From Bacteroidales bacterium (GTDB lineage Bacteria > Bacteroidota > Bacteroidia > Bacteroidales > VadinHA17), in NCBI GenBank assembly GCA_021738535.1, contig JAIPBU010000014.1, forward strand, positions 12,411-76,410: a stretch of 64,000 bases of DNA, read 5' to 3'. Below the pieces are notes generated by a model. That model did no database searches and was not told the DNA's origin. It worked only from the letters and a program-made list of their open reading frames with translations. Shown piece after piece: positions 29,310 to 39,300 of the stretch. The position numbers and the translations under genes are program-made. Within the stretch, counting starts at the first letter, position 1, and every line of letters begins with the position of its first letter.

Positions 29310-30485
29310 GTGAAAAGAAGATATTATTTTGTTAAAAGACTTGCACCATGGATGCTTTCTGAGCTGTATGCTCTAGCTTGTAATACCGACTTTACTCTAT
29401 TTCTGTTCAGGGAACAAGAGAATAGGTACTCAAAAGAGCTAGCAAAATTGAATAAAAAAGGAGTTAAGATTATTACTCGACCTTTTTCCGGTTTTTCAAT
29501 CCAAAGGTTCATTTATGTAATATTTTTCTTTATTGGGCATATCAAACTTTTATGTGGGTTTAAAAATTTTGCTTTTTCAATTATAAGCGCAATTTGGTTT
29601 ACTCGGCTTGACTTATCTTTTTTTAAATATTCTAATATTTCAATTCATGCTCAGTTTGCTACTCAGTCAACAATAATTGCATATTTGATCAAACGGTACA
29701 AGAAAAATAGAATAACTTATTCATTTACTACTCACGCACATGATATATTTTTTAATAACAGATGGTTACCCGTCCTTGTCCATGATTCAGATTGTATGAT
29801 AACTATTTCCCAATACAATAAGAGTTATATAAGAGATTATTATAGAGTTGATAACAGTAAAATAATTGTTAACTATCTTGGTGTAGAAAGGACAAATAAT
29901 AGAAAAGCATTATCTTCATGTATTTCCTCACAAATTTGTTTTAAATTTGGTTTTATAAGTTGGTTGGTTAAAAAGAAAGGCTTACTCAACCTTTTAAGAA
30001 CTGTTAGCTTCTTAGTAAAAAGCGAAAATCGAAATTTCAAAATAATTGTTGCCGGTGAAGGTCCATTGGAAAGAGAAGCGAAGGAATTTGTTAATAATAA
30101 TTCACTAAACAAATATGTAGAATTTCTAGGTTCAGTTTATGGAGAAGGGAAACAACAATTTTTTAATACCATCGATGCCCTCGTTATGCCAAGCATAGAC
30201 ACTGGGATAGATAAAGACGGGATACCGGTTGTATTAATGGAAGCAATAAGTTACGGATTACCATTGGTATGTTCAGACATCTCGGGTTTACCAGAAATAT
30301 GTATTGATGGTTATAACGGAATTGTGTTTAATAACAATAACGTTAAAGAACTAGAAAGTGTACTGATTGGATTTATTACTAATCACTATGACTTATTAGA
30401 ATTCTCACGAAATGCAATAGTGCTTTCCAAAAGATTTGATAACAGTTATAATACCAATATTAAAATTGAACACATAGGGTGGTAG
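29310..30485 (+). CDS. Glycosyltransferase family 4 (WcaL-like)
   Basis: HAQFA, TTHAHDIF, KKG, GEGPL, DGIPVVLMEA, SGLPEI. Confidence 0.88.
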   Translation: MKRRYYFVKRLAPWMLSELYALACNTDFTLFLFREQENRYSKELAKLNKKGVKIITRPFSGFSIQRFIYVIFFFIGHIKLLCGFKNFAFSIISAIWFTRLDLSFFKYSNISIHAQFATQSTIIAYLIKRYKKNRITYSFTTHAHDIFFNNRWLPVLVHDSDCMITISQYNKSYIRDYYRVDNSKIIVNYLGVERTNNRKALSSCISSQICFKFGFISWLVKKKGLLNLLRTVSFLVKSENRNFKIIVAGEGPLEREAKEFVNNNSLNKYVEFLGSVYGEGKQQFFNTIDALVMPSIDTGIDKDGIPVVLMEAISYGLPLVCSDISGLPEICIDGYNGIVFNNNNVKELESVLIGFITNHYDLLEFSRNAIVLSKRFDNSYNTNIKIEHIGW

Positions 30486-31657
30486 TTAAGAATTCTATTG
30501 GGAATAGTGGTGTAATAATTATTGAAGGTCATGTTCAAGGTCTTGCAAATATGAGATCTTTAGCTTCAAAGGGGGTAGAGGTATATGTTGTTGCTACCAG
30601 TGATTGTATTGCACGTTATTCAAAGTATTGTTCTAAGTTCTTTAGGTGTCCTGAATATATTTCTGATGTATTTGTTGGTTTTCTTATAGATCTCGCAGAA
30701 AAAGAAAATATTAGGGGATGGTGCCTCTTGCCTTCCAATGATCATGCTGTATATAATATTTCGAAAAACAGAGAAAAATTATGCCAATATTATAAAGTAA
30801 TTACACCTGGTTTAAATATAATTGAAAACATATATAATAAAATATCATTAATTAAACTTGCCAATGAATGTGACGTTCCGGTTCCATGGACTCTTAATGG
30901 GCAGTTTCTAAAACTCAATAATAATAAAAAGTTTGAATATCCTTTAATATTAAAGGGGATATTTGGTTTATCTTTTTACAAAACAGTTGGAAAAAAAGCC
31001 ATATTAATCAACTCATTAAAAGAATTAAATACTTTAATTAATAGTTTTAATAAGAGTGGTACATGTTCTGATTATTATGTTCAGGAATTAATTCCTTTTT
31101 CAGGGAGAAATTATACAGTTTCATTCACTTCTTTTTCCATTGATGGTGAGATAAAATCATTCTGGATGGGAGTCAAAGTAAGGGAGCATCCAGCAAGATT
31201 TGGTACAGCAACATTTGCTGAAAGTATATTCAGTAACGAATGTTTATTACTTTCCAAGAGACTACTAAAGAAAATAGATTATACAGGAGTATGTGAAATT
31301 GAATATATCTTTGATGAAAGAATTAAACAGTATAAGCTTATTGAGATAAATGCAAGAACGTGGTTATGGGTTGATTTGGCAATACAATCTGGGATTGATT
31401 TTCCTATGTACATATATAATTATCTGAATAATATTGAACAAACATATACAACAGATTATAAGCTTGGAAATAAATGGAGAAATATTATAACAGATACAGG
31501 ATTTGCTATTTTAAATATTTTTAAAGGTAAAATTAATCTTAAAACCTATATTAAGCAGAATAGAGGCATAATATATGACACATTATTATGCAAGACTGAT
31601 ATTAAACCATTCTTTGCATATTTATTCTTTTTATTTAATTTCTGGCGAAAAAGATGA
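30479..31657 (+). CDS. ATP-grasp carboxylate-amine ligase
   Basis: RYSKY, LLPSND, YPLILK, VQELIP, EIEY..D...YKLIEINAR.W. Confidence 0.8.
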   Translation: MVVKNSIGNSGVIIIEGHVQGLANMRSLASKGVEVYVVATSDCIARYSKYCSKFFRCPEYISDVFVGFLIDLAEKENIRGWCLLPSNDHAVYNISKNREKLCQYYKVITPGLNIIENIYNKISLIKLANECDVPVPWTLNGQFLKLNNNKKFEYPLILKGIFGLSFYKTVGKKAILINSLKELNTLINSFNKSGTCSDYYVQELIPFSGRNYTVSFTSFSIDGEIKSFWMGVKVREHPARFGTATFAESIFSNECLLLSKRLLKKIDYTGVCEIEYIFDERIKQYKLIEINARTWLWVDLAIQSGIDFPMYIYNYLNNIEQTYTTDYKLGNKWRNIITDTGFAILNIFKGKINLKTYIKQNRGIIYDTLLCKTDIKPFFAYLFFLFNFWRKR

Positions 31658-32865
31658 GAATTCCATATTATTCTCCAAATTATTCCTTTTTTGATTTTAT
31701 AAAGTCATTTTTTATTACAAACGCTGAGGATAAGACAATTAAATATTTTCAGCAAATAACAGATAAAAAATACATACTTCTAACATCTTCATGCCGTACC
31801 GCATTATATTTGGCATATAGATCTATAAGCCCTGATATGAATATTGTTTCAACATCTCCTTTAACATGCAGAGCTGCAATTGATCCTATCATTGCTGCAG
31901 GTCATACTATTAGGTTTGTCGATATTAACACAGATGATCTGAATATAGATATTGCCAATGAGGATGTTTCAGAATTTGATATTGTACAAATAGCCCGGTT
32001 GGGAGGAATGCCACTTATTAATAAAGGGCTATTTGATTTTTGTAAGTCAAAAGGGGTGTTTGTTATTGAGGATTGTGCTCAATCTTTTATGACTTATGAA
32101 GATCGAACTTATACAGGTCAAATGGGTGATATATCTTGTTTTTCACTTATTAAGAATGCCTATGGTATTGGGGGAGGGGTATTTGCAACTGATAAGAAAG
32201 ATATTTTTATTAAAGCCAGAGCAATTCAGCATTCAATGAAGTCAATAAGCAAAAAAATAGTTTATTACAGATGTCTGAAGAATATTTTGGAAACATATCG
32301 TATGCGATCATATCTAATAGAAAAATTTTACATAATGCTAATAAATTATAAGAATAAAAAGCTATCAGAGAATAAGACATTTGACAAGTATTTATATAAA
32401 CCTGATATTTTGTTCTTTAATACGTTTATTGTGCAAAAAGGAAAATTCAAGAAACTGCATAAGAAAAGAAAAGCCATAGCCTTGAAAATTATAAAGGAAT
32501 TGAAGGGAAAGGGGTTATGTGATAACTATCAGAATTCAGATATCTATAATAGTTCATTTACGAAATTGTACGTTTATAGTACAGCTGTCAATACTAATTA
32601 TGTAAATGAAGCACTTAACAGGGAAGGTGTTGAATCAAAGCATCTTGAACATAAATACAAATCATATTATCAACAAAGCCTTATTAATATCCCAGTTTTT
32701 AATAGTACTGGAATAGACAAGTGCGTAAATTATTTGAAAGTTCATGATTCATTAATATCCTTACCCTTGAATGAAAACATGAATAATAAACATATACATA
32801 ATATTATAATGACGCTTAAGAAAATAATATATGATTATGAAGCCAATGAGCAATCGAGTTTGTAG
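31654..32865 (+). CDS. DegT/DnrJ-family aminotransferase
   Basis: SCRTAL, FVDIN, VIEDCAQS, GDISCFSLIK, GGG, ISLPL. Confidence 0.8.
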   Translation: MRIPYYSPNYSFFDFIKSFFITNAEDKTIKYFQQITDKKYILLTSSCRTALYLAYRSISPDMNIVSTSPLTCRAAIDPIIAAGHTIRFVDINTDDLNIDIANEDVSEFDIVQIARLGGMPLINKGLFDFCKSKGVFVIEDCAQSFMTYEDRTYTGQMGDISCFSLIKNAYGIGGGVFATDKKDIFIKARAIQHSMKSISKKIVYYRCLKNILETYRMRSYLIEKFYIMLINYKNKKLSENKTFDKYLYKPDILFFNTFIVQKGKFKKLHKKRKAIALKIIKELKGKGLCDNYQNSDIYNSSFTKLYVYSTAVNTNYVNEALNREGVESKHLEHKYKSYYQQSLINIPVFNSTGIDKCVNYLKVHDSLISLPLNENMNNKHIHNIIMTLKKIIYDYEANEQSSL

Positions 32866-33994
32866 CAGATGTATTATGGATACTAGTGTGCCAGGTATAG
32901 AATTCGATATTAGAGGAGAGTGCAATTATTGTAAATTGCATGATCGATTTGAAGAGCGTTATCCACTTACCGCAGAAGGGCAGAAAGAACTAAATCAGAT
33001 AATTAGAAAAATAAAAAAAAATGGCAGATCAAGAAAGTATGATTGTATTTTAGGTTTAAGCGGTGGCAGGGATAGTTGCTATATGCTGTCATGGGCAGTA
33101 AAAAAGGGATTAAGGCCACTGGCTGTTTTTTATGATTCAGGTTGGTATTCAAATCAATCAAAGGGAAACATTAGGAAGATAACAAAGAAGCTTTCCGTTG
33201 ATGTTGAAATTGTAACATGTGATCCTGAAGAATATAAGGATATACAAATAGCTTTCTTAAAAGGATCTACAAATGATATTGATGCTCCCGATGATCAAGC
33301 TATAATAGCAGTATTATTGAGGGCTGCTGCCAATTATAATATAAAATATATATTAAGTGGTCATTCATTCAGAACAGAAGGAAATACTCCTGTTACATGG
33401 AGTTATATGGATGGCAGGTATGTTAAAGATGTTCATAGGAGATTTGGCAGAAAAGAAATGAAGACTTACCCCTTGCTTACATTCAGGGAACTTGTTTATA
33501 ATATTGTGTTTAGAAGGATTAAATATGTTTATCCATTGGAGTATGTTTATTATGATAAACTTGAAGTGTCTGAGTTTTTAAAGAAAGAATTTGATTGGAT
33601 TTATTCAGGGGGGCATCATTTTGATTGCCAGTATATACATCTTATTACTAAGATCCTTAGGGAAAAATTCAACATTGATAAAAGAAAAGTTGAATATTCT
33701 GCTCTGATTCGCTCAGGCCAAATGAATAGAGAAGATGCGATATCTGTAATAGAATCTTATCCGGTACCTGAATCAACGGATGAAGTAAATTATAGTATTG
33801 AAAGGTTAAATATTTCTAAAAATGAATTAGATAAAATAATGAATTTACCTCCAAAAACGTTTTTGAATTACAGAACTTATTTCAGACTTATTAACAGGCT
33901 TGGATTTTTTATTGGGATTGCATGTAAATTAAGATTCCTTCCCATGAGTTTTTATGAGAAATATGTTAAAATGGCAAAAGCTTTGAAATCATAG
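32831..33994 (+). CDS. N-acetyl sugar amidotransferase (WbpG-like, PP-loop)
   Basis: CSRCIMD...CNYC, YDCILGLSGGRDS, GHSFRTEG, LIRSGQMNRE; true start may be 32837 or 32846. Confidence 0.88.
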   Translation: MIMKPMSNRVCSRCIMDTSVPGIEFDIRGECNYCKLHDRFEERYPLTAEGQKELNQIIRKIKKNGRSRKYDCILGLSGGRDSCYMLSWAVKKGLRPLAVFYDSGWYSNQSKGNIRKITKKLSVDVEIVTCDPEEYKDIQIAFLKGSTNDIDAPDDQAIIAVLLRAAANYNIKYILSGHSFRTEGNTPVTWSYMDGRYVKDVHRRFGRKEMKTYPLLTFRELVYNIVFRRIKYVYPLEYVYYDKLEVSEFLKKEFDWIYSGGHHFDCQYIHLITKILREKFNIDKRKVEYSALIRSGQMNREDAISVIESYPVPESTDEVNYSIERLNISKNELDKIMNLPPKTFLNYRTYFRLINRLGFFIGIACKLRFLPMSFYEKYVKMAKALKS

Positions 33995-35011
33995 ATGAAT
34001 AAAAAAATATGGTATGATATAATAAATCCGCCCCATGTTCATTTATTAACTCCAATAATAAATAAATTAACAAGTGTTGGTTATGAACCTGTTATTACAG
34101 TTAAAGATTTTGCAGAAACAGCTACCCTGTTCTCTTCAAAGGGGATGGATTATAAATTATTAGGATCATATTCAGGGAATAGCAAATCTTCTATAGTTGG
34201 CAGTAAATTGAAACGATATAAGGAATTATATAAGTTTCTGCCAGATATAAAATGCAGTATAGCATGTGGTCATGAAGCAGGGCATATTAGTTTTCTAAAG
34301 AGAAAACCATCTATATTGTTTCTTGATAATGATATTTCTCCTATTTGGCTATATAAACATTTTGTTTCCAGTATCTTTTGTCCATTCGTTATAAAGGATA
34401 TTTTAATAAAAAAGAGTCCTGATTTAAAAGAGAAGTTAATTTCGTATAATGGTTTTAAAGAAGACCTTTATCTTGCTAATTATTTTCCAGATCCCAATTT
34501 TTTAAAAGATTTGCCTTTCAATGACTTTGTTACTATCAGGCCTGAAAATTTAAAAGCAAATTATGTGAAAGGTAAGAAAGAAAGTATAGTGCCTGATCTA
34601 ATAAAAGAATTGAGTTTAAAAGGAGTTAATATTTTATTATTACCAAGATATAAATCAGATTATTATCTAGCCAGAAAATATGAAAATATATATATTCCTT
34701 CAGAGTCATTAAATGGGTTGGATGTTTGTTATTACTCTAAAGCTGTATTAACAGGAGCAGGAACTTTTGCAAGAGAAGCAGCTTTAATGGGCAAGCCAGC
34801 TGTTTCATTTTATGCAGGAGAGGTTTTTTTATCTGTAGATACGTATTTAATCAAGCAAGAAAAAATATTTTTTTCAAGGAATGTAGGTGAAATTGCAGAT
34901 TATATTACAAATTTAAGTGGAAATAGTGACGTTGATATTGATTTGACGAATAGCAAAGTAGTATTTAATGATATGATTGAGAAACTAAAAAATGTTATAT
35001 CAAACTTTTAA
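33995..35011 (+). CDS. DUF354-family GT-B-like protein
   Basis: KIWYDIINPPHV, YNGFKE, IRPE..A.Y, GAGTFAREAALMGKPAVSF. Confidence 0.8.
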   Translation: MNKKIWYDIINPPHVHLLTPIINKLTSVGYEPVITVKDFAETATLFSSKGMDYKLLGSYSGNSKSSIVGSKLKRYKELYKFLPDIKCSIACGHEAGHISFLKRKPSILFLDNDISPIWLYKHFVSSIFCPFVIKDILIKKSPDLKEKLISYNGFKEDLYLANYFPDPNFLKDLPFNDFVTIRPENLKANYVKGKKESIVPDLIKELSLKGVNILLLPRYKSDYYLARKYENIYIPSESLNGLDVCYYSKAVLTGAGTFAREAALMGKPAVSFYAGEVFLSVDTYLIKQEKIFFSRNVGEIADYITNLSGNSDVDIDLTNSKVVFNDMIEKLKNVISNF

Positions 35012-35025
35012 CTAAGATAAAATAG

Positions 35026-36042
35026 ATGCGAAAGGGATTCACATTAAACATATATAGATTATTATTAGAAACCCTGCAAATGCAGGGTATTTCATTTATG
35101 CAGGTTGGCGAATATTATGCAAACCAGAGAATCCGAAGTAATACGAACAGGTTTGTGATCTTGAGGCAGGATGTTGATAAATTACCTGGTAATTCTCTGG
35201 CATTTGCACAGATTCAGAGGAATATGGGGATCAGAAGTACTTTTTATTTCAGGGTAGTACCCGGGAGTTTTGATGAGGGGGTTATTGAGGAGATTGCAGG
35301 CTTAGGACATGAAATAGGGTATCACTATGAAGACATGAGTTTTGTGCCTCAAAGACAAAAGACGAAAGACAAAAGACTGAAGGAAGAGGAGATAGTAAAG
35401 CAAGGTATTGAGAGTTTTGAGAAAAATTTGGAAAGGTTCAGGGAGACAGTTCCAGTGAGGTCTATTTGTATGCATGGGAGTCCGATGAGTAGGTGGGATA
35501 GTAGATTGCTCTGGAAGTATTATGATTACAGGGAGTTTGGGGTGGATTTTGAGCCATACTTTGACTTAAATATGGAGTCTATGCTATACTTAACCGACAC
35601 TGGCAGGCGGTGGAACGGATCTGGCGTTTCCATTAGGGATAAGGCACAGAGCGCAGAGCACATAGCGCAGGATGTAGGACTGAGAGACAGAGAGATTGAG
35701 AGACGAAGAGAGAAGATACAAGTAGAACAAGGGAATGACAAAGATAACCTTGAACCTGGAACCTTGAACCTGGAACCGTTTGCGGACTGGAAAGTTAAGC
35801 CAGTGTCAGGTAGTCTGATGAATATGACAAAAAGATCTAAAGATTTTCAGGCTCATTACATTTTTAGGTCAACAAATGATATCATTCAAGCTGTAGAGCA
35901 AGGCCAGTTGCCGGATAGGATCATGATGACTTTTCATCCTCAGAGGTGGACGAATAAAACACTTCCATGGGTCAAGGAACTATTATGGCAGAATACGAAG
36001 AATGTTGCAAAATATTTTCTTATTAAATTCAGGAATAAATAG
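35026..36042 (+). CDS. Polysaccharide deacetylase-like protein with repeat-derived insertions
   Basis: FT...Y..LL, LRQDVD, GHEIGYHYE, ICMHGSP, YLTDTGRRW, FHPQRW. Confidence 0.75.
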   Translation: MRKGFTLNIYRLLLETLQMQGISFMQVGEYYANQRIRSNTNRFVILRQDVDKLPGNSLAFAQIQRNMGIRSTFYFRVVPGSFDEGVIEEIAGLGHEIGYHYEDMSFVPQRQKTKDKRLKEEEIVKQGIESFEKNLERFRETVPVRSICMHGSPMSRWDSRLLWKYYDYREFGVDFEPYFDLNMESMLYLTDTGRRWNGSGVSIRDKAQSAEHIAQDVGLRDREIERRREKIQVEQGNDKDNLEPGTLNLEPFADWKVKPVSGSLMNMTKRSKDFQAHYIFRSTNDIIQAVEQGQLPDRIMMTFHPQRWTNKTLPWVKELLWQNTKNVAKYFLIKFRNK

Positions 36043-36161
36043 TATCATTAATTTTTTAGTTTTCATTCTAGTTCACTTTATAGATACACAATAAATGAAT
36101 AAAAACAATTATCTATCCATACATTAGTAACAAGCACAAAATCAACATTTTAATATATTTT

Positions 36162-36189
36162 CTCATCGCTCACCTCTCCCCTCTCACTG
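36162..36189 (+). repeat. C-rich heptamer array (ctcatcg ctcacct ctcccct ctcactg)
   Basis: Same family as 9534-9597, 52581-52656 (reverse complement) and 54514-54572. Confidence 0.75.
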
Positions 36190-36397
36190 CTTTGAATTTT
36201 GTAGCATCGTAAGTTATTGACAGGTAGTTAGCTTACTGTCAAAAAACAATCCATGGTTGCACCTCTAAAAGATGCAACCTTTTTTATTATCTTACAGTCT
36301 TAATTTCACCTTGCTTTGCTATGCTTTCATGAATCTTAGGAAACATGTTAATTATGGCCGAGATAGGCATCAACATTTTCACCAAAACTCAACCGCT

Positions 36398-39300
36398 ATG
36401 GAAAGGCCTGTGGTAACCGGAAAAAGGAAAAAGTCTTATTCCTCATTCTTATTCAGGGCATTATTGATTTTCTCTATAATCTTAATGAGCTTCAAGGGAT
36501 ATGCTCAACCCTCATGGGATGCTGAACCAACATTGACGGAGATAAATGCATTAAATGGCATTTTAACCGTTGATTTTGATGTGAATTGTACAGTTTATTA
36601 TATTATAGACAGATATATTACTTTTCCTAAAGATCCTGCAACCATTAAAAATTTTTCTTCATTGCCTCCTGATGGTAATTCTGGAGGTTTTAGGGGTGGG
36701 GGATCTTTTACTTATACTGCAAGCGGTAGTGTTTCCCATCTTGCAGAACACTTTGTGCCTTTAGATATAAGGTCAGATGTACATACGCTACATATTGTTG
36801 CTGAAACCACACCAGGCAACTTTTCTGCAGTTGATACTATAAACTTTACAACTGATTACTGTCCAACAATTTCTCCTTTAACTGCATTGACAAGTACATC
36901 GAAATGTGTAAACAACCCAGCAACTAAAACATATAACTTTGTTGATCTTTCTCCACCAGAGAATGTACTAAAAGGTTGTGAATGGACTATTGATTGGGGA
37001 GATGGGTCAGCAGTGTATAATTATACATCTTCTGATAATGGTGATGTTCCTCCAAATCAATCTCACGATTTTGTTAATCATGATTCATGTTATTTTGAAG
37101 TCTTATTGACAGCGACCAATATTGAAGGTTGTGAGACAATCGGGGGGTTATCAAAAATTGAAACACCAATTCTTGCAGGACGGGATGATGATATGGATGG
37201 AAATGGAGAAATGCTTCTTGTTAATCTTGATAACGGAAGTCCTGATACAATCAAAGTTTGTGAAGGAACAGAAGCCTTTATTACATTACAGGATGCCGGA
37301 ACATGGGATTGTGATGAGACCTTTAAAACTTATCCCCCGGGTGAGATTAATGCTAATGACAGGGATCTCCAATTCGTTTATGGAATGCATCATCAGACCC
37401 AGGCAGTAGAAAATACCATAACTGGTGACATTTCAATAACTGGTAGTTATCCCGGAACCGCGAATACTACAAGTGGTCATGCCTCAGGCATCTATAATAT
37501 AGATACTGATGTTATGTCTCCAATCACTAACCCAAATACAAATAGCGACTTGATCCGTATACCACCAACAGCCCAATATGGGGAGTATATGCATGTATAT
37601 CTTAAAAATTGGAACAAGTGTAATCCGTATTCCGGCGATCCATGGGATGGTACTGCTGTTTGGGATTCTATTGTAATCTTTATTGAACAGGGACCTATTG
37701 CTGATGCAGGTAGTGATTTTTCAATTTGTGAGGATGAAACTGCTAATATGAATGGATCCATTCATTCCGCAGCAACCTCAGCAGAATGGACAACAACAGG
37801 TGATGGCTCTTTTACTAATGAGACAAGTCCGGATAATGCAGTTTACACACCTGGAGTTAATGATATTTCTGCAGGCTCTGTTGATCTGGTTTTACATGCT
37901 TATGGTATTGGATTATGTCCTGAGCATACAGATACGATGAGGTTAACATTAGATCCTCTTCCTGCGAAACCTACTATTTCAATTACAGTTGGAGCAAATG
38001 ATTTTTGCGATGATGATGCTACATCAATGACTCTTTCATCAACTGTCTCTCCTGATGGAACATATCGCTGGTATAAAGATGGAATATTTACGGGAGATGT
38101 TACTCAAGATATTGTGCTTAACGACTGGACCCAGAGCGGTGATTATACAGTTGAGGTATTTGGAACAACTGCTAATTCATGTCCAAGGGAGTCGGATCCT
38201 TTTACCGTTAACATTGGTCAACCTGCTACTGTAGACGCTGGACCAGCTACAGCGGAAACCTGTTCGGATACACCTTATAGTACTTCGGGTTCTTTCGGGG
38301 GAAGCGCTACATCTGTTACGTGGACTACTTCGGGTGATGGTAACTTTGATAATACCGGGAATCCTACAACAACTTATACTCCGGGTTCGGATGATATAGC
38401 TGCAGGGACAGTTACTCTTACCCTGACAACTAATAACCCTTCTGGGCCTTGTCCGGCTGTTTCGGATAATGTGGTTCTTACTGTTACAACTGCTCCTACA
38501 GCCTATGCGGGTGCTGATGCCTTTATTTGTGAAACAGAGAATTACCAGGTAACAGATGCTTCTGTTGCCAATGAAAACTCATTTTCATGGGCACTGACAT
38601 CAGGATCAGGTAGTATTAGCAATACATCAATAATTAATCCTACTTATAACCCAGCTGCAGCCGATGCTGGTACTACAGTGCAGATGAGACTGATCGCGAC
38701 CGGTAACGGTTCCTGTGCAGATGCAACCGATGATATACTGATATATGTCGATCCTGAACCAACTGCCTCTGTTGGTCCGGACCAGCAAATATGTGATGCC
38801 ACTACCGCAACTCTAAGTGGAAATACTCCTGTAAATAATGCAAGGGGAGAATGGGTCTATTCAAGTAACCTGGTGTTCCATGAGTCTTTCAGGGCTTCTG
38901 CAGATGGTGATATTGATGGAAGAAACTGGAATCTGAATGTAAGTGCTCTAAACATTATTGATCCCAATGATTATTGTGAGGTTAGATCAAATCATTTTGA
39001 GGCCCAAGACATAGATGGTGAGGGTGTCTGGGAAACAGAGGAAATTGATATATCCACTTCGGGAAATATAAGAATAAGTGTATCATTACCTAATAGCTAC
39101 AATTTAGATAACTCTGATTATATCAGATGTTTTTATATTTTGGATGGAGGTTCTGAAGTGTTATTGAATAATGGAGAGCATTTCAATGATTATTCTAGTG
39201 AATATGCTACAGCATCAGGACTATCTGGTAACACACTAAAGATTGTAATTAGATTTCAAAATGATGGTGGATCTGAAGAACACTGGTTCGATGATATTTT

